Assembly (NCBI GenBank): GCA_030141605.1
Contig: JAQGDQ010000053.1
Span: 310,001-374,000, forward strand
DNA: 64,000 nucleotides
Direction: 5' to 3'
From: Tubiluchus corallicola
Taxonomy: Eukaryota > Animalia > Priapulida
Below the pieces are notes generated by a model, which saw only the letters and a list, made by a program, of their open reading frames with translations, made no database searches and had not been told where the DNA came from. This document shows, in pieces, positions 44,540 to 55,044 of the stretch (the stretch's first letter is position 1; the number at the start of each line of letters is the position of its first letter). The position numbers were made by a program, and so were the translations under genes.

Positions 44540-44780
44540 ACGTGTATGGGCCGGCAAACACGGAAACTTGAAAACATTTTAACGAAACAGTATAGAAAGG
44601 AGGATATGGTCGAAGTACGGAATTTCGTAGGAGGCGTCGTCGTGGCTGTTGATTGATGATGAGTGTTAGGGTTAAAGTTCTAAATTAAATATTTTAGTGG
44701 AACAAACACGTAGTTTTACATATATTTGATTTTACTAAGGCAAAATAGGAAATTATCAAAAATTGCCTAGACCCAATGGT
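44540..44780 (+). promoter_or_regulatory. Candidate promoter / non-coding first exon of EXOC8
   Basis: CpG-enriched patch at 44540-44650 followed by a consensus donor ATG|GTAAGC at 44778/44779. EXOC8 needs an upstream exon (acceptor at 52908). An alternative candidate lies near 48950-48970. Confidence 0.3.
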
Positions 44781-44924
44781 AAGCAATGTTTGCAATTTTG
44801 TAAAAATGGCAGAATTTTGTTAAAATACAATGATGAAAGTGAAGTGTTTGCCATAGAAACAGAAACAGATTTTCGCAAAGTAGTGAACAAAACAAATTAA
44901 AGTGTAAAAATGTAAATATTATCA

Positions 44925-46166
44925 ATGCCAGTTAGGCACCCTTGCAATAAATGTGCTAGACCCTGTAAATATAATGAAAATTCTATTAACTGTGATAATT
45001 GTTATCAGTGGACCCATTTAAGGTGCACTGCTCTGACAATTAACCAATTCAATATACTAGGATGTAATAATGATATTTATTATTGTATTAAATGCTTAAA
45101 TGATATTTTCCCCTTCCAGGAACAAGAGAATGAGGATATACAAGAATTTTTTAGAATAGATGTATCCATGTCGACTCTGACCAGTCTACCTTCTTTGTGC
45201 GAGTTTTCTACTTTTACTAACTTTTCCACTAATAATAATGATCCTGATAACTTTCTTCCTTATCAAGAAAGTAATTATTATAAACTGTCAACTCTAACTA
45301 GTCAAGATGACTTAGCAAATACCAGTAAGGATTTCACTTTTGTGCATTTTAATGTCAGTAGTATAAACAAAAATTACACTAGTATGTTAGACGTTCTTTT
45401 ACACTTTCAAAACCCTCCTGACATTATAGCATTAAGTGAAACCCGTTTAAAAAAAGATCATATTTTTCTCACACCCTTACCTGGGTATCAATTTATTCGT
45501 GACGATTCTACAACCAATGCAGGTGGTGAGGGATTGTATATCAGAAACTCTGTAATTTTTTCAGAAATGCCTAAATACAAAATGCACAACTCAGACTGTA
45601 AAAATGGCTCCACAAACCGTATGCAACTGGAGAATATGTGGATTGAAATAGAAACTCCACCCAACATCAAAAACATTTTATTTGGAGTCATCTACAGGCA
45701 CCCAAATACTAACCTTGAAGAATTTCATGAAGAACTAGAAAGCAAATTATCCTTAATTAACAGAACTAACAAATTTTGCTATATATGCGGTGACATAAAT
45801 ATTAACTTACTACATAGTGACAGCAAAACCTCAGTGACAAATTATACAAACATGTTATTCTCTAATAATTTTGTGCCAATTATAACTAAACCAACAAGAA
45901 TAACTCATCACACTAATACACTCATTGATCATATTGATACAAATGACCTCACCAACCACGTAACACCTGGAATTTTGCTTTATCAAGTAGCCGACCATCT
46001 TCCTATATTTGCAATTATAAAGCATACTAAACTGAAAATGAAATCCAACAAAATCACCACAAGAAATTTTAAAAATTCAACTGAACAAAATTTTTTAAAT
46101 AACCTGCAGCTAGAATTAGCCAAAATAAATTTTAATGACTTGGAAACTAATGAGGGATTTAGATAA
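44925..46166 (+). CDS. LINE ORF2 N-terminal part: PHD finger + APE endonuclease
   Basis: C4HC3 pattern CNKC...CDNCYQWTHLRC...YYCIKC; endonuclease motifs HFNVSS, DIIALSETRL, GVIYRHP, CGDININLL, PTRIT, TLIDHI, ADHLPIF. Confidence 0.85.
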   Translation: MPVRHPCNKCARPCKYNENSINCDNCYQWTHLRCTALTINQFNILGCNNDIYYCIKCLNDIFPFQEQENEDIQEFFRIDVSMSTLTSLPSLCEFSTFTNFSTNNNDPDNFLPYQESNYYKLSTLTSQDDLANTSKDFTFVHFNVSSINKNYTSMLDVLLHFQNPPDIIALSETRLKKDHIFLTPLPGYQFIRDDSTTNAGGEGLYIRNSVIFSEMPKYKMHNSDCKNGSTNRMQLENMWIEIETPPNIKNILFGVIYRHPNTNLEEFHEELESKLSLINRTNKFCYICGDININLLHSDSKTSVTNYTNMLFSNNFVPIITKPTRITHHTNTLIDHIDTNDLTNHVTPGILLYQVADHLPIFAIIKHTKLKMKSNKITTRNFKNSTEQNFLNNLQLELAKINFNDLETNEGFR

Positions 46167-46189
46167 AATTTAATGAAATACTCTTCAAT

Positions 46190-48226
46190 GTGTTTAATAA
46201 TCATTTTCCTTTGCAAACTCTGTCTAGGAAAGACACTATTACATTTCAAAAACCATGGATCACTAAAGGAATTTTAAATAGTATTAAAACCAGATCACGT
46301 CTTTACAAATCACACAAACTCTCAAATAATTTATACAAACAAATCTACTACAAATCCTACTCAAATAAATTAAATCATGTCAAAGAATCATCAAAAAAAC
46401 AATATTACACTGAAACATCGCAAAAACACAAGAATAACATGAAAAAAACTTGGGAAACAATAAACAGTATTATAAAAACTGATCCAAAAACACGACAAAC
46501 ACCAAGTAAGTTAACAATAAATAATGTGGACTATACAGATACATATGATATTGCCAGTAAACTAAATGAGTTTTTTGTAAATATAGGCCCTGACATGGCT
46601 GCCAAAAAACCTAAACCTAACGTTAATTTTACTGACTTTTTAAAAAACCCTAACCCAAATTCTTTTTTCATTAATCCTATTACTGAAAATGAAACATGCA
46701 CACTTTTAAACACACTTAATTCAAACAAATCACCAGGACCACAAAATATACCAATATCTTTTTTTAAATCTGCAAGTCAAATTATTTCACCAATACTCAC
46801 ATTACTGTTTAATAAATCGGTTAATGCTAGAACTTTTCCAAATATATTAAAAATAGCAAAAGTTATTCCTTTATATAAAACTGGCTCTCCACATGAACCT
46901 GGCAATTACAGACCAATATCTCTCTTATCACCAGTATCAAAAGTTTTTGAGAGGCTAATTTACAAGAGATTATACCAGTTTGTTGTGAAAAGTAATATCC
47001 TAAGTAAATACCAGTTTGGTTTCAGAAAAAATTATTCAACTGCCCTTGCTGTATCCGAATTAATAGACACGATCTCTCTAGACACTGACAAAAAATTACT
47101 GAATTGCGGAATATTTTTAGACTTATCAAAAGATTTTGATACCGTACAGCATAGTATACTAATAGCCAAATTAAACCATTATGGCATCAGAGGTCTACCT
47201 TTGCAACTAATTCAGTCATATCTAACTAACAGAAAACAATTCATATCTATTAACAATGTATCATCAGACTATAAACACATATCGTGTGGAGTGCCACAAG
47301 GCTCTAATTTAGGACCTCTTCTATTCTTAATTTATATTAACGATCTTCCCACATGCAGCAACTTTCGAACCCGAATATTTGCCGATGACACTAACTTGTT
47401 CATGTCTGACTCCAATATAAATAATCTGCAAAAATCTGTTAATGACGAAATGAAAAAAATTGACCTGTGGATGAGGGCAAACCAGCTATCAATTAACTAC
47501 AAAAAAACCAAATTTATGATAATCAACAATAAGCAAATTAACAATGCTAATAATCCAAAATTTCATATTATAATAAACAAACACAAAATTAAAGAAACAG
47601 ACAACATCAAATACTTGGGCCTACTCATTGATAATAAATTAACATGGGAACCACATATAAAACACATAACATACAAATTAAGTCGAATTACTGGAATAAT
47701 TTTAAAAGTAAGGCACCACGTTGACCAATATATTCTGAAACTTCTATATAATTCGTTAGTTTTCCCTTATTTACAATATTCCATCTTAACATGGGGTACA
47801 GCTTTTGCATCAACTCAAAAATTAATACAGACACAACAAAACAAAATAGTAAAATTAATAACTTTTGCTCGCAAATATGATCATGCTACACCATCGTTCG
47901 TAAAATTAGAAATTTTAAAAGTAAGAGATATTTACAATCTTGAGTTGTTCAAATTTATGTATAAATTCAATGCTGGTTTATTACCCGAACTTTTTAGTGA
48001 ATATTTCACTAATGTTTCTGATATACATTCCTACTCCACAATAGCTGCTTCTAATGAACAGTATTTTGTGGAGAGATTTTTTACCCGACATGGTTTCAAT
48101 AGCTTAAAATCACGAGGAGTTAAATTATGGAACTCGTTGCCAAAAGATACCTTTGGCGGTAGCTTATTTTCTGCTTCCAAAAAATACACAAAATTCTTAC
48201 TAAATGAATATACCTGTAATACATAA
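46190..48226 (+). CDS. LINE ORF2 C-terminal part: reverse transcriptase (frameshifted continuation of 44925-46166)
   Basis: KPWIT, NYRPISLL, QFGFR, FLDLSKDFDTV, GVPQGSNLGPLLFLIYINDL, FADDT, KYLG, GVKLWNSLP. Confidence 0.9.
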   Translation: MFNNHFPLQTLSRKDTITFQKPWITKGILNSIKTRSRLYKSHKLSNNLYKQIYYKSYSNKLNHVKESSKKQYYTETSQKHKNNMKKTWETINSIIKTDPKTRQTPSKLTINNVDYTDTYDIASKLNEFFVNIGPDMAAKKPKPNVNFTDFLKNPNPNSFFINPITENETCTLLNTLNSNKSPGPQNIPISFFKSASQIISPILTLLFNKSVNARTFPNILKIAKVIPLYKTGSPHEPGNYRPISLLSPVSKVFERLIYKRLYQFVVKSNILSKYQFGFRKNYSTALAVSELIDTISLDTDKKLLNCGIFLDLSKDFDTVQHSILIAKLNHYGIRGLPLQLIQSYLTNRKQFISINNVSSDYKHISCGVPQGSNLGPLLFLIYINDLPTCSNFRTRIFADDTNLFMSDSNINNLQKSVNDEMKKIDLWMRANQLSINYKKTKFMIINNKQINNANNPKFHIIINKHKIKETDNIKYLGLLIDNKLTWEPHIKHITYKLSRITGIILKVRHHVDQYILKLLYNSLVFPYLQYSILTWGTAFASTQKLIQTQQNKIVKLITFARKYDHATPSFVKLEILKVRDIYNLELFKFMYKFNAGLLPELFSEYFTNVSDIHSYSTIAASNEQYFVERFFTRHGFNSLKSRGVKLWNSLPKDTFGGSLFSASKKYTKFLLNEYTCNT

Positions 48227-49159
48227 CTTGTAAGACTAATAAGCAAGCTATCAAGTGTGTTTTTTCTTCTCATCTCCTAAGTAATTGTTGCTCTTTCTTA
48301 TACTTACTTTTTCTCTTAAATTTTCTATATTACACTTTTTTTTGATACTTATTTTATCTCTCCATACAGTCAAAATCCCCTGTCAATAAGGCCCCTATTT
48401 GAAAATATATATAATAATCATAATTACTCGTATTAATTGTATTGTTTTGTTTAGATTTTGGTGTCATCTAACTTTATTATTTTTTGTTTTCACTTATACT
48501 GTTTTCATTTATACTTTGTTTTCATTTATACTGTTTATTATTATTATTTTTTTCCTATTTGATTTTGTTATCCGCAGTCTCACCTTTTACTTTTAATATA
48601 CTAATTTAATTATTAGACAGGGCAGGAGACCAGATGACCCTATGGTCCTTCCCTGCCCTGCTCCACTACTATAATTAAGTAATATTTAAAAAAACTTGTC
48701 ATGTCAAACAAATGGAGAAAATAAATGTTCTATGTCTATGTCTATATGTAATTCAATTTCGTTTATACGTGACACACGTTCTTACCATTCTTACAATGCA
48801 CTAGCAAGGAGAAATACTCAACTAAAAGTACAGCATTTATTGAAATGATATGTACATACTTAGTGTTTACACGGATAGCAAAAATCGGACTCGGGTACCC
48901 TTAGAGTTTTAGACCTTGTACCCAACTCGGGTATCCATTTGTTGAGATTCGGCGGCGTGAAGAAATTAAGGTCATTTATATTCGAAAAAAATAAAAACAA
49001 TCACTGGTGTATTTCAATTAACTGCACTGTTATGTTAACAACAAGCATTCAGTTATTACATGCTGTGAGCCTGAACATCTGAGCTGTGAGTCATGAAAAT
49101 TAGTGTTTTGCCATATAAGGCATTTGACTGATTACCTACCAAACTTTTTAATTACTTAA

Positions 49160-49945
49160 TTGCACGCTTTGTCAATGAGTCAGCTACGACAGCCTAGGTA
49201 CCATAGAGCACCATTAATTTCCACATCAGGATTAGTTGATGATTTAGTTAATTATAACCTAGGTATATATATGTATAAAACAGTTGAAAAACTACATCCA
49301 ATCTTTTTTAATAATCCAGTTCAATTAAATGTTAAATTTCATAGTATTAGGTCAAATGAATTTAAAGTGCCGTACTGCAGAACAAACACAGCCAGACATC
49401 ATTTAACATTCACAGGGCCTTTACTATTTAATAAACTTTGCTTAGAAGTAGTAACTAAAAATGCTAAATCAGAACATATATTCAAACGTAAATTTAAGAA
49501 ATCAATTCTTAAGTCGTATGAACCTAATTAGTCAATTTCTGCAATTGAAAATAACACATCTTTATATTTTTTGTATAGTTCAATATTAACACAATTTTCG
49601 TAACACTGCAAAAATGGCGAACTTGGTTTATATCATTGAACCTGGCGCATTATCACCATTAGCATCAATTCATTATCATTGTCATCAGCATTAATATCAC
49701 CATCGTTGTCATCATTATCATCAACATCATCAGTATCATTTTCTCACATCTGTTTTCTTCGCTTCATTTAACATATTTTTTTAGTTGTTGTTAGTATAAT
49801 TAATTTAGTCTTATCCATGTTGAGCATAGCTCACAAGTTAATCTCTTCTGTTGCGTTCATAGCACTGTAATGCACTGTTAGTTAGTAATTTTATAACTTT
49901 TATTTTTGTATGTGCTAAATGGATGAATAAATAAATAAAAAATCT
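49160..49945 (+). mobile_element. 3' fragment of another CR1/L2-group LINE
   Basis: C-terminal ORF2-like peptide LGIYMYK...FKVPYCRTNTARHHLTFTGPLLFNKL...FKRKFKKSIL, followed by a 3'UTR and an (AATA)n tail at about 49926-49942. Confidence 0.7.
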
Positions 49946-50902
49946 AAAATAGAGGAATTAAATAATCTATATATTATCCTTTTTGTGTGTTGTTAGAGTT
50001 AAACTTAGCGTGTTGTTTATTCGATTAGTTGTTAGTGGCCTGAAATAGGCAAACCAAAACCATCCATAAGATGGCACATTTAAAACTATGTTATGACGCT
50101 TCAAAGTAGAATGCACCAAAAATTTGGTCAAATGTCAATTTTTTTTTGTTTTTTATAAAAACAAAAACTAAATATATTGGACTTTTATATTTAGCCACGT
50201 AAAAGTTACCGAATTCGTGCTGCAGACGGCTTTGTTTTACACACACGTCATGTAACGGTTGTAGCTAAGACACATTGCTGAGGTACATTTAACTTTTGAC
50301 CTGCAGAAACTGGGAGTGCGCACAATGAAATGGCTTATTTAAACAATAGAATGCCAGTTTTATTTTAGGGAATGCGCAAAGAAAGTCAAGTGTGCTTGGA
50401 AACTTGTGTGATGGATACATTTGTTCTTTCATTGCCATTTCCTCGTGTTAGAGAATTAAATTTCTTCCAAACTCTTCTTTTCTGTGGTGGTGATATTAGT
50501 GAGTCAAGAGGCCATGCAATTCTTGCATGAAGCATGTAGTGACACAGTTAGCATTTTAGAGTTAGTACAGGGTGAGGATGAGATTGTCAAACATTGCGCT
50601 GAGTGGCACTGCTTTTCTGTTCCTCCTTTGTAGATGCTCCGACAACTATTTAGAATGCTTCAGGTTTTTCGAACATTTTCGTGTGTTTTGACTTTGATTC
50701 CGGTTTGCTTGAGCATGGATTTCAGCTTATATTTCTAGCGGTGTAGAAAGCATTATTGCATTATGCTTGTGGCTGTGGGCCAGTTGTGAGATTACAGGAA
50801 AAGATTTGATGAGTTCCTGCATTCTTCTGACATGTTCTGACCGATGATCAAGAAAAAGCAAACTGCGAATGATACTGGCACTGCTTACCAAATGCAAAAG
50901 TA

Positions 50903-51411
50903 CTGTATATGCTTATATGCAAGTCGACCTTATGTACAAGTCCATGGGCATTTTAAGACCAAAAATTGCAACATTTTATATACTACCTGTGTACAAGTCG
51001 ACCCTAAAATATTAAGATCTTCCAGAGTAAATGAGGTCAACAATGGCCGAGTAATAAATCAATAGCCTACTGTGTTAGTGTGTAATATGCGTGCAAGTGC
51101 CTGGGCCGAGTATATTATACCTACCCAATGTATATATATTCATGTTGAGGGCATTACTAAAATAAATTACAGTAATATTTGTTAATTTTGTGAAGTAATG
51201 TCAAGATGCGAACATTCTCTGATGTGAAGTGTCACAGTACGAGTGTTCATTCAGTCCAGCGTATAATGAAGGATTATTTCTTTACATATTCGTATTGTAG
51301 AGGACTCTTTAGCGACATCTCCCAAAAACATATCGTAAGTATAAGTCGACACCAAAAATTTCACCTTAAAATCGCCTCTCAAAAATTCGACTTGTACATA
51401 AGTATATACGG
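50903..51411. mobile_element. Non-autonomous Tc1/mariner-superfamily MITE
   Basis: Imperfect TIRs CTGTATATGCTTATATGCAAGTCGA ... TCGACTTGTACATAAGTATATACGG flanked by TA, with internal AAGTCGAC repeats; same general type as 2556-3176. Confidence 0.75.
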
Positions 51412-52947
51412 TAGATCTAGCTGGTACTGCCTACAGATGAAGTTAGACTGTTGACAATTAACAGTTTCAAAAATGGCTTTAGCCACATTTTTGCACAGCA
51501 AAAGCCTCCTGCTTAATATCTCTGCAGCAAGATTGGAGCCAGAACATGTTTGCGTAAATATAATAATGTCAATTATGGTGCCTGTCTGTTATGATGCTAC
51601 TGTAATGTTACCTTTATGGTAAGCACTTGAAAATATGGTGGATGTGGACCTTGGAAAAACTGAAATCATAACTTTTCCAAACACGATGAAAAATAGGCAA
51701 TTTATTAAAATTGTTTCTATCCTTTTAAAGTCTGCTCGAAAATTCTATTTATTAATTTCTGTGGCTGCCTGCAGTCAGGTAATAATTTCACGTAATGGTG
51801 GTAGCTGAATTAATGGGCACACACAAACAAATTGAAATTTGGTGGCATTTCCAATTATCATAGATCAGTTGTCATGCTTGGAAAATTGTTACAGTTTATA
51901 GTTGAGCCTTTGTGTCTGCTTTCGTAGAAAAGTGAAAAACTTGATGAAAACTTTACTGGTCAGTCAATGTAAAACTATATAATAAATACTGATATTGCAC
52001 ATTTGAATTTATTAGCAGCAGCGCTTATAAAACTTGAAAATTTTAATTCCTGCGGTGACTGTTAGGCTTGGTCATTTTGACAGTAGGTCATTTGAAACAA
52101 GTTTAGATAACATTGTGTAAAGTTTAAAAAAATAACCAGAACATTTGTAGAGCTCGCTTTACTAACTAAGCAAAAGTATAAAGTACTTACATGGCTCTTG
52201 TCAATAAGATTAAGAATATGTTTTTTGGTGAGACACTTTTTCATACCGAGAATGTGAGTCAGTGATGTTTTTCCCATTGCCGCAAACGTTTTTAATTACT
52301 AAGAATTTTCTTTTTCTGCTACGTAAGTCTTACAAATATATAGTGCAAAATATATATAGATAGTTTTTTAAGCAATACTTTGAAATTGCCTTTTCTTCAC
52401 CTTTAATGGTTGTCAAACATTGTAACTTGACTGAGAGCATATATTTCATACTGACACTTGTTAAACTCTGTACAAAGAAAAATGCATTAATTAAGTATTG
52501 TGCACTGCTGAAAATTTATTGGTGTTTCCGAATATGATCACTTGTTTATAATCACATGAATGTACTACATAGTAGTCCATCACGTCCTAAGGTGGGCTGC
52601 TGTGGGCATGTACCAAACTAAAGTACTAAAAACCCCTATACAGCCTTAAATTGAAACTGCATGTGAAGTGAAACTCTGAAAAGACTTTAATTCCATTTTA
52701 TTTGAAAACTGATGGTTACATTCGATTTTATTTAAAATTGAAAATCATCCTAAATTTGAGAATTGAGTCATGCTCGTTCCATTAAGTTGGATCAATCAAC
52801 GTGTTTTATCGATTAGTTCTTTTTCATTGATTAGGTACGTGCATAAAAACATACATGCACTCTTTGCACTATTTTTATATAATTAATAAATTTGTCTTAT
52901 TTTTACAGATTTATCTCTTAGTATATGACTTTTCTATTTGAACTTCA

Positions 52948-55044
52948 ATGATCAGTGAAAATATGTCTGCATCTAGTCATCTTTCCCTGATATTGTCAGG
53001 GCAAAACTTCCAAGCAGAAGCATTTGTGAGAGACATTTCTCAAGGTGGTGATAGTGCAGAGGATTTGTTCCAGGCAAGAAAACAGATACAGACACTTTCT
53101 GATGAGACCTCTAAAGCCTTGAAGAACAATGTTTACAAAAACTACACCCAATTTATCGACACAGCAAGAGAAATTTCGTATTTGGAAGGAGAAATGTATC
53201 AGCTTAGTCACATGTTGTCAGAACAAAAAAGCCTCATTGATGTGTTGTCTGATTTATCTTTTACTCGCGGAAAAGTGGAGCAAAAGAAACATGTTGAGGA
53301 GAAGAAGCCTGATGATGTTGACATTCGTAAAAGCACAGGTGGCTTGATGCGAATTTTTGAAAAAGTTGAGGGCTGTGGTGACATCACTGAAGTTCCTGGT
53401 CGGAAGTTGGTATATGAAGGTGACTTAGTTGAATTGGATACAGACAGTCTATCACCACTTAGAAATGTCAGAGCATTTTTGATGAGTGATTGCTTGTTGA
53501 TTTCAAACTGGTTAAGTGCCAGTGCAAGAAAAGGGCCTGTTAAATATAAGTTTCAATCTTTTTTCAAGCTCGATGGTTTAGCTGTTGTAAATGTCCGAGA
53601 TATTGGATCTGTAAAGAATGCTTTCAAAATATTGATGTTTCCTGATGCTCGCGTTTATCAGTGTGATTCACCTAAAACCAAGAAGTTGTGGTTGGACAAA
53701 ATAGATGAAATGAAAAAAGCAGTTTTGAATAAAGTTAGCCAGAAAAAAGAGCTGCCTCCTGAATCACCAAATCCTTTTGCGGAAAAGGCACCACCCGAGC
53801 CTACCAATCCATTTGATGAGAGCAAACAAGAAAAGGAATCACCAGATGTGCTGGACGTTGATTGGCTGAAAGAAGTGCCTGATGATCTTGATGTTTGCAT
53901 CGCTCAAAGAGACTTTGATGGAGCTGTTGATCTTATTGACAAGACACAAGACTACTTGGATAAATGCCCTAAGACTCTTGCAATTAAGGAGTACAGGAGT
54001 AAACTGGAGATGAGACTTCGACAACTATGTGAAGTGCTCACATCTGAGTTAAAAGTGTCAGCTGGCACAAAATTGCAGGGTGGACCAAGGGCAGCACGTC
54101 GAGCTGTTCACCACCTCATACGGCTAGACAAGTCTTCCTTGGCATGTGAGCTTTTCTTGAAGCAGAGAAGCGTTATACTTCGTCACAGCTTACAACAGCT
54201 GAAACTGGATCAAGGTGCAGCAATTCCATACATTAAACGTCTTTGTTCCATCTTCTTTAATAACATGCAGGCAACAATTCAAGAATTTTCCAGGGCTTTC
54301 TCTAAGTGTCCTGGCTCTTACTCAGCTCTGACTGTATGGTGCATAAGTGAATTTGAGTATTTCACTGTAGTATTTGGAAATGAGACATTCACTGGTGAGA
54401 ATACTCTTTCCACCACAGCAGTTTGTATACAGATTGCAGATAAATGTTGTATAGAGCTACGTGAACAAGGAGTTGATTTATCCTATGGTTTTTATAGCAT
54501 GATTACTGAGCAAGCTAGTGGGGTAATTACTCGAAGCAAGGACAAACTAATGGAAGTGAACAAACGTAATGCTGTGGAAGACAAATGGAAGCCATTGAAT
54601 CTTGAAAACAAGCCAAGTCTTGACAAATTTTTGGGTGAAATGTCCGATATTGGCATAGCAAGTATACATGCTTTTATCTGTGATGGCTGCTGTATTTCTC
54701 TCACTCGCAATACAACACAATTTAGTCGGAGTTACCTGACGTACATTGATGATGTCTTGAGGATGCATCACCGCACTTACCATGTAGTTATAGTGAAGTG
54801 TCTTGTAGATCTGTTCAAAGCACAATTATTGTATATTGAAGCATCACTAAAGTCTGACAAATACACGAAAGAACACAAATTTATTTTAAAGAATGCTCAT
54901 TTTCTGTTGGAGACTGTTTTAACACTTGCAGAACATCGTTTTGAGCAGCACGTAGGTTTCCCATGCAAGCAACTGTCTGCTTTACATCGTGAGCTCCATC
55001 GACTAAAAGGAGTTGCAAAAAACACTGTGGTTGCTTATGTGTAG
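52948..55044 (+). CDS. EXOC8: Exocyst complex component 8 (Exo84), 698 aa, single coding exon
   Basis: Intact ORF with LKNNVYKNYTQFIDTAREISYLEGEMYQLSHMLSEQKS, a PH-like domain (LVYEGDLVELD...LAVVNVRD...NAFKILMFP), WLKEVPDDLDVCIAQRDFDGAVDL and GGPRAARRAV. A 5'UTR acceptor TTTTACAG| lies at 52908. The start could alternatively be the Met at 52963. Confidence 0.96.
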   Translation: MISENMSASSHLSLILSGQNFQAEAFVRDISQGGDSAEDLFQARKQIQTLSDETSKALKNNVYKNYTQFIDTAREISYLEGEMYQLSHMLSEQKSLIDVLSDLSFTRGKVEQKKHVEEKKPDDVDIRKSTGGLMRIFEKVEGCGDITEVPGRKLVYEGDLVELDTDSLSPLRNVRAFLMSDCLLISNWLSASARKGPVKYKFQSFFKLDGLAVVNVRDIGSVKNAFKILMFPDARVYQCDSPKTKKLWLDKIDEMKKAVLNKVSQKKELPPESPNPFAEKAPPEPTNPFDESKQEKESPDVLDVDWLKEVPDDLDVCIAQRDFDGAVDLIDKTQDYLDKCPKTLAIKEYRSKLEMRLRQLCEVLTSELKVSAGTKLQGGPRAARRAVHHLIRLDKSSLACELFLKQRSVILRHSLQQLKLDQGAAIPYIKRLCSIFFNNMQATIQEFSRAFSKCPGSYSALTVWCISEFEYFTVVFGNETFTGENTLSTTAVCIQIADKCCIELREQGVDLSYGFYSMITEQASGVITRSKDKLMEVNKRNAVEDKWKPLNLENKPSLDKFLGEMSDIGIASIHAFICDGCCISLTRNTTQFSRSYLTYIDDVLRMHHRTYHVVIVKCLVDLFKAQLLYIEASLKSDKYTKEHKFILKNAHFLLETVLTLAEHRFEQHVGFPCKQLSALHRELHRLKGVAKNTVVAYV

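Larger units (their letters stand above)
44790..48746 (+). mobile_element. Young CR1/L2-group LINE, 5'-truncated within ORF1, with near-intact ORF2
   Basis: ORF1-like tail KNGRILLKYNDESEVFAIETETDF* ends at 44900. ORF2 is split by one frameshift near 46160. It is followed by a T-rich 3'UTR, a hairpin CAGGGCAGG...CCTGCCCTG (48618-48660), AATAAA at 48720 and a (TCTATG)n tail. Confidence 0.92.

Noticed and set aside
52948-55044. Idea that intronless EXOC8 is nested in the first intron of TTC39 or is an unusual retrogene
   Set aside because: TTC39 has its own promoter-like region and first exon at about 56500-56873, downstream of EXOC8, and a single coding exon is also the known state of vertebrate EXOC8.
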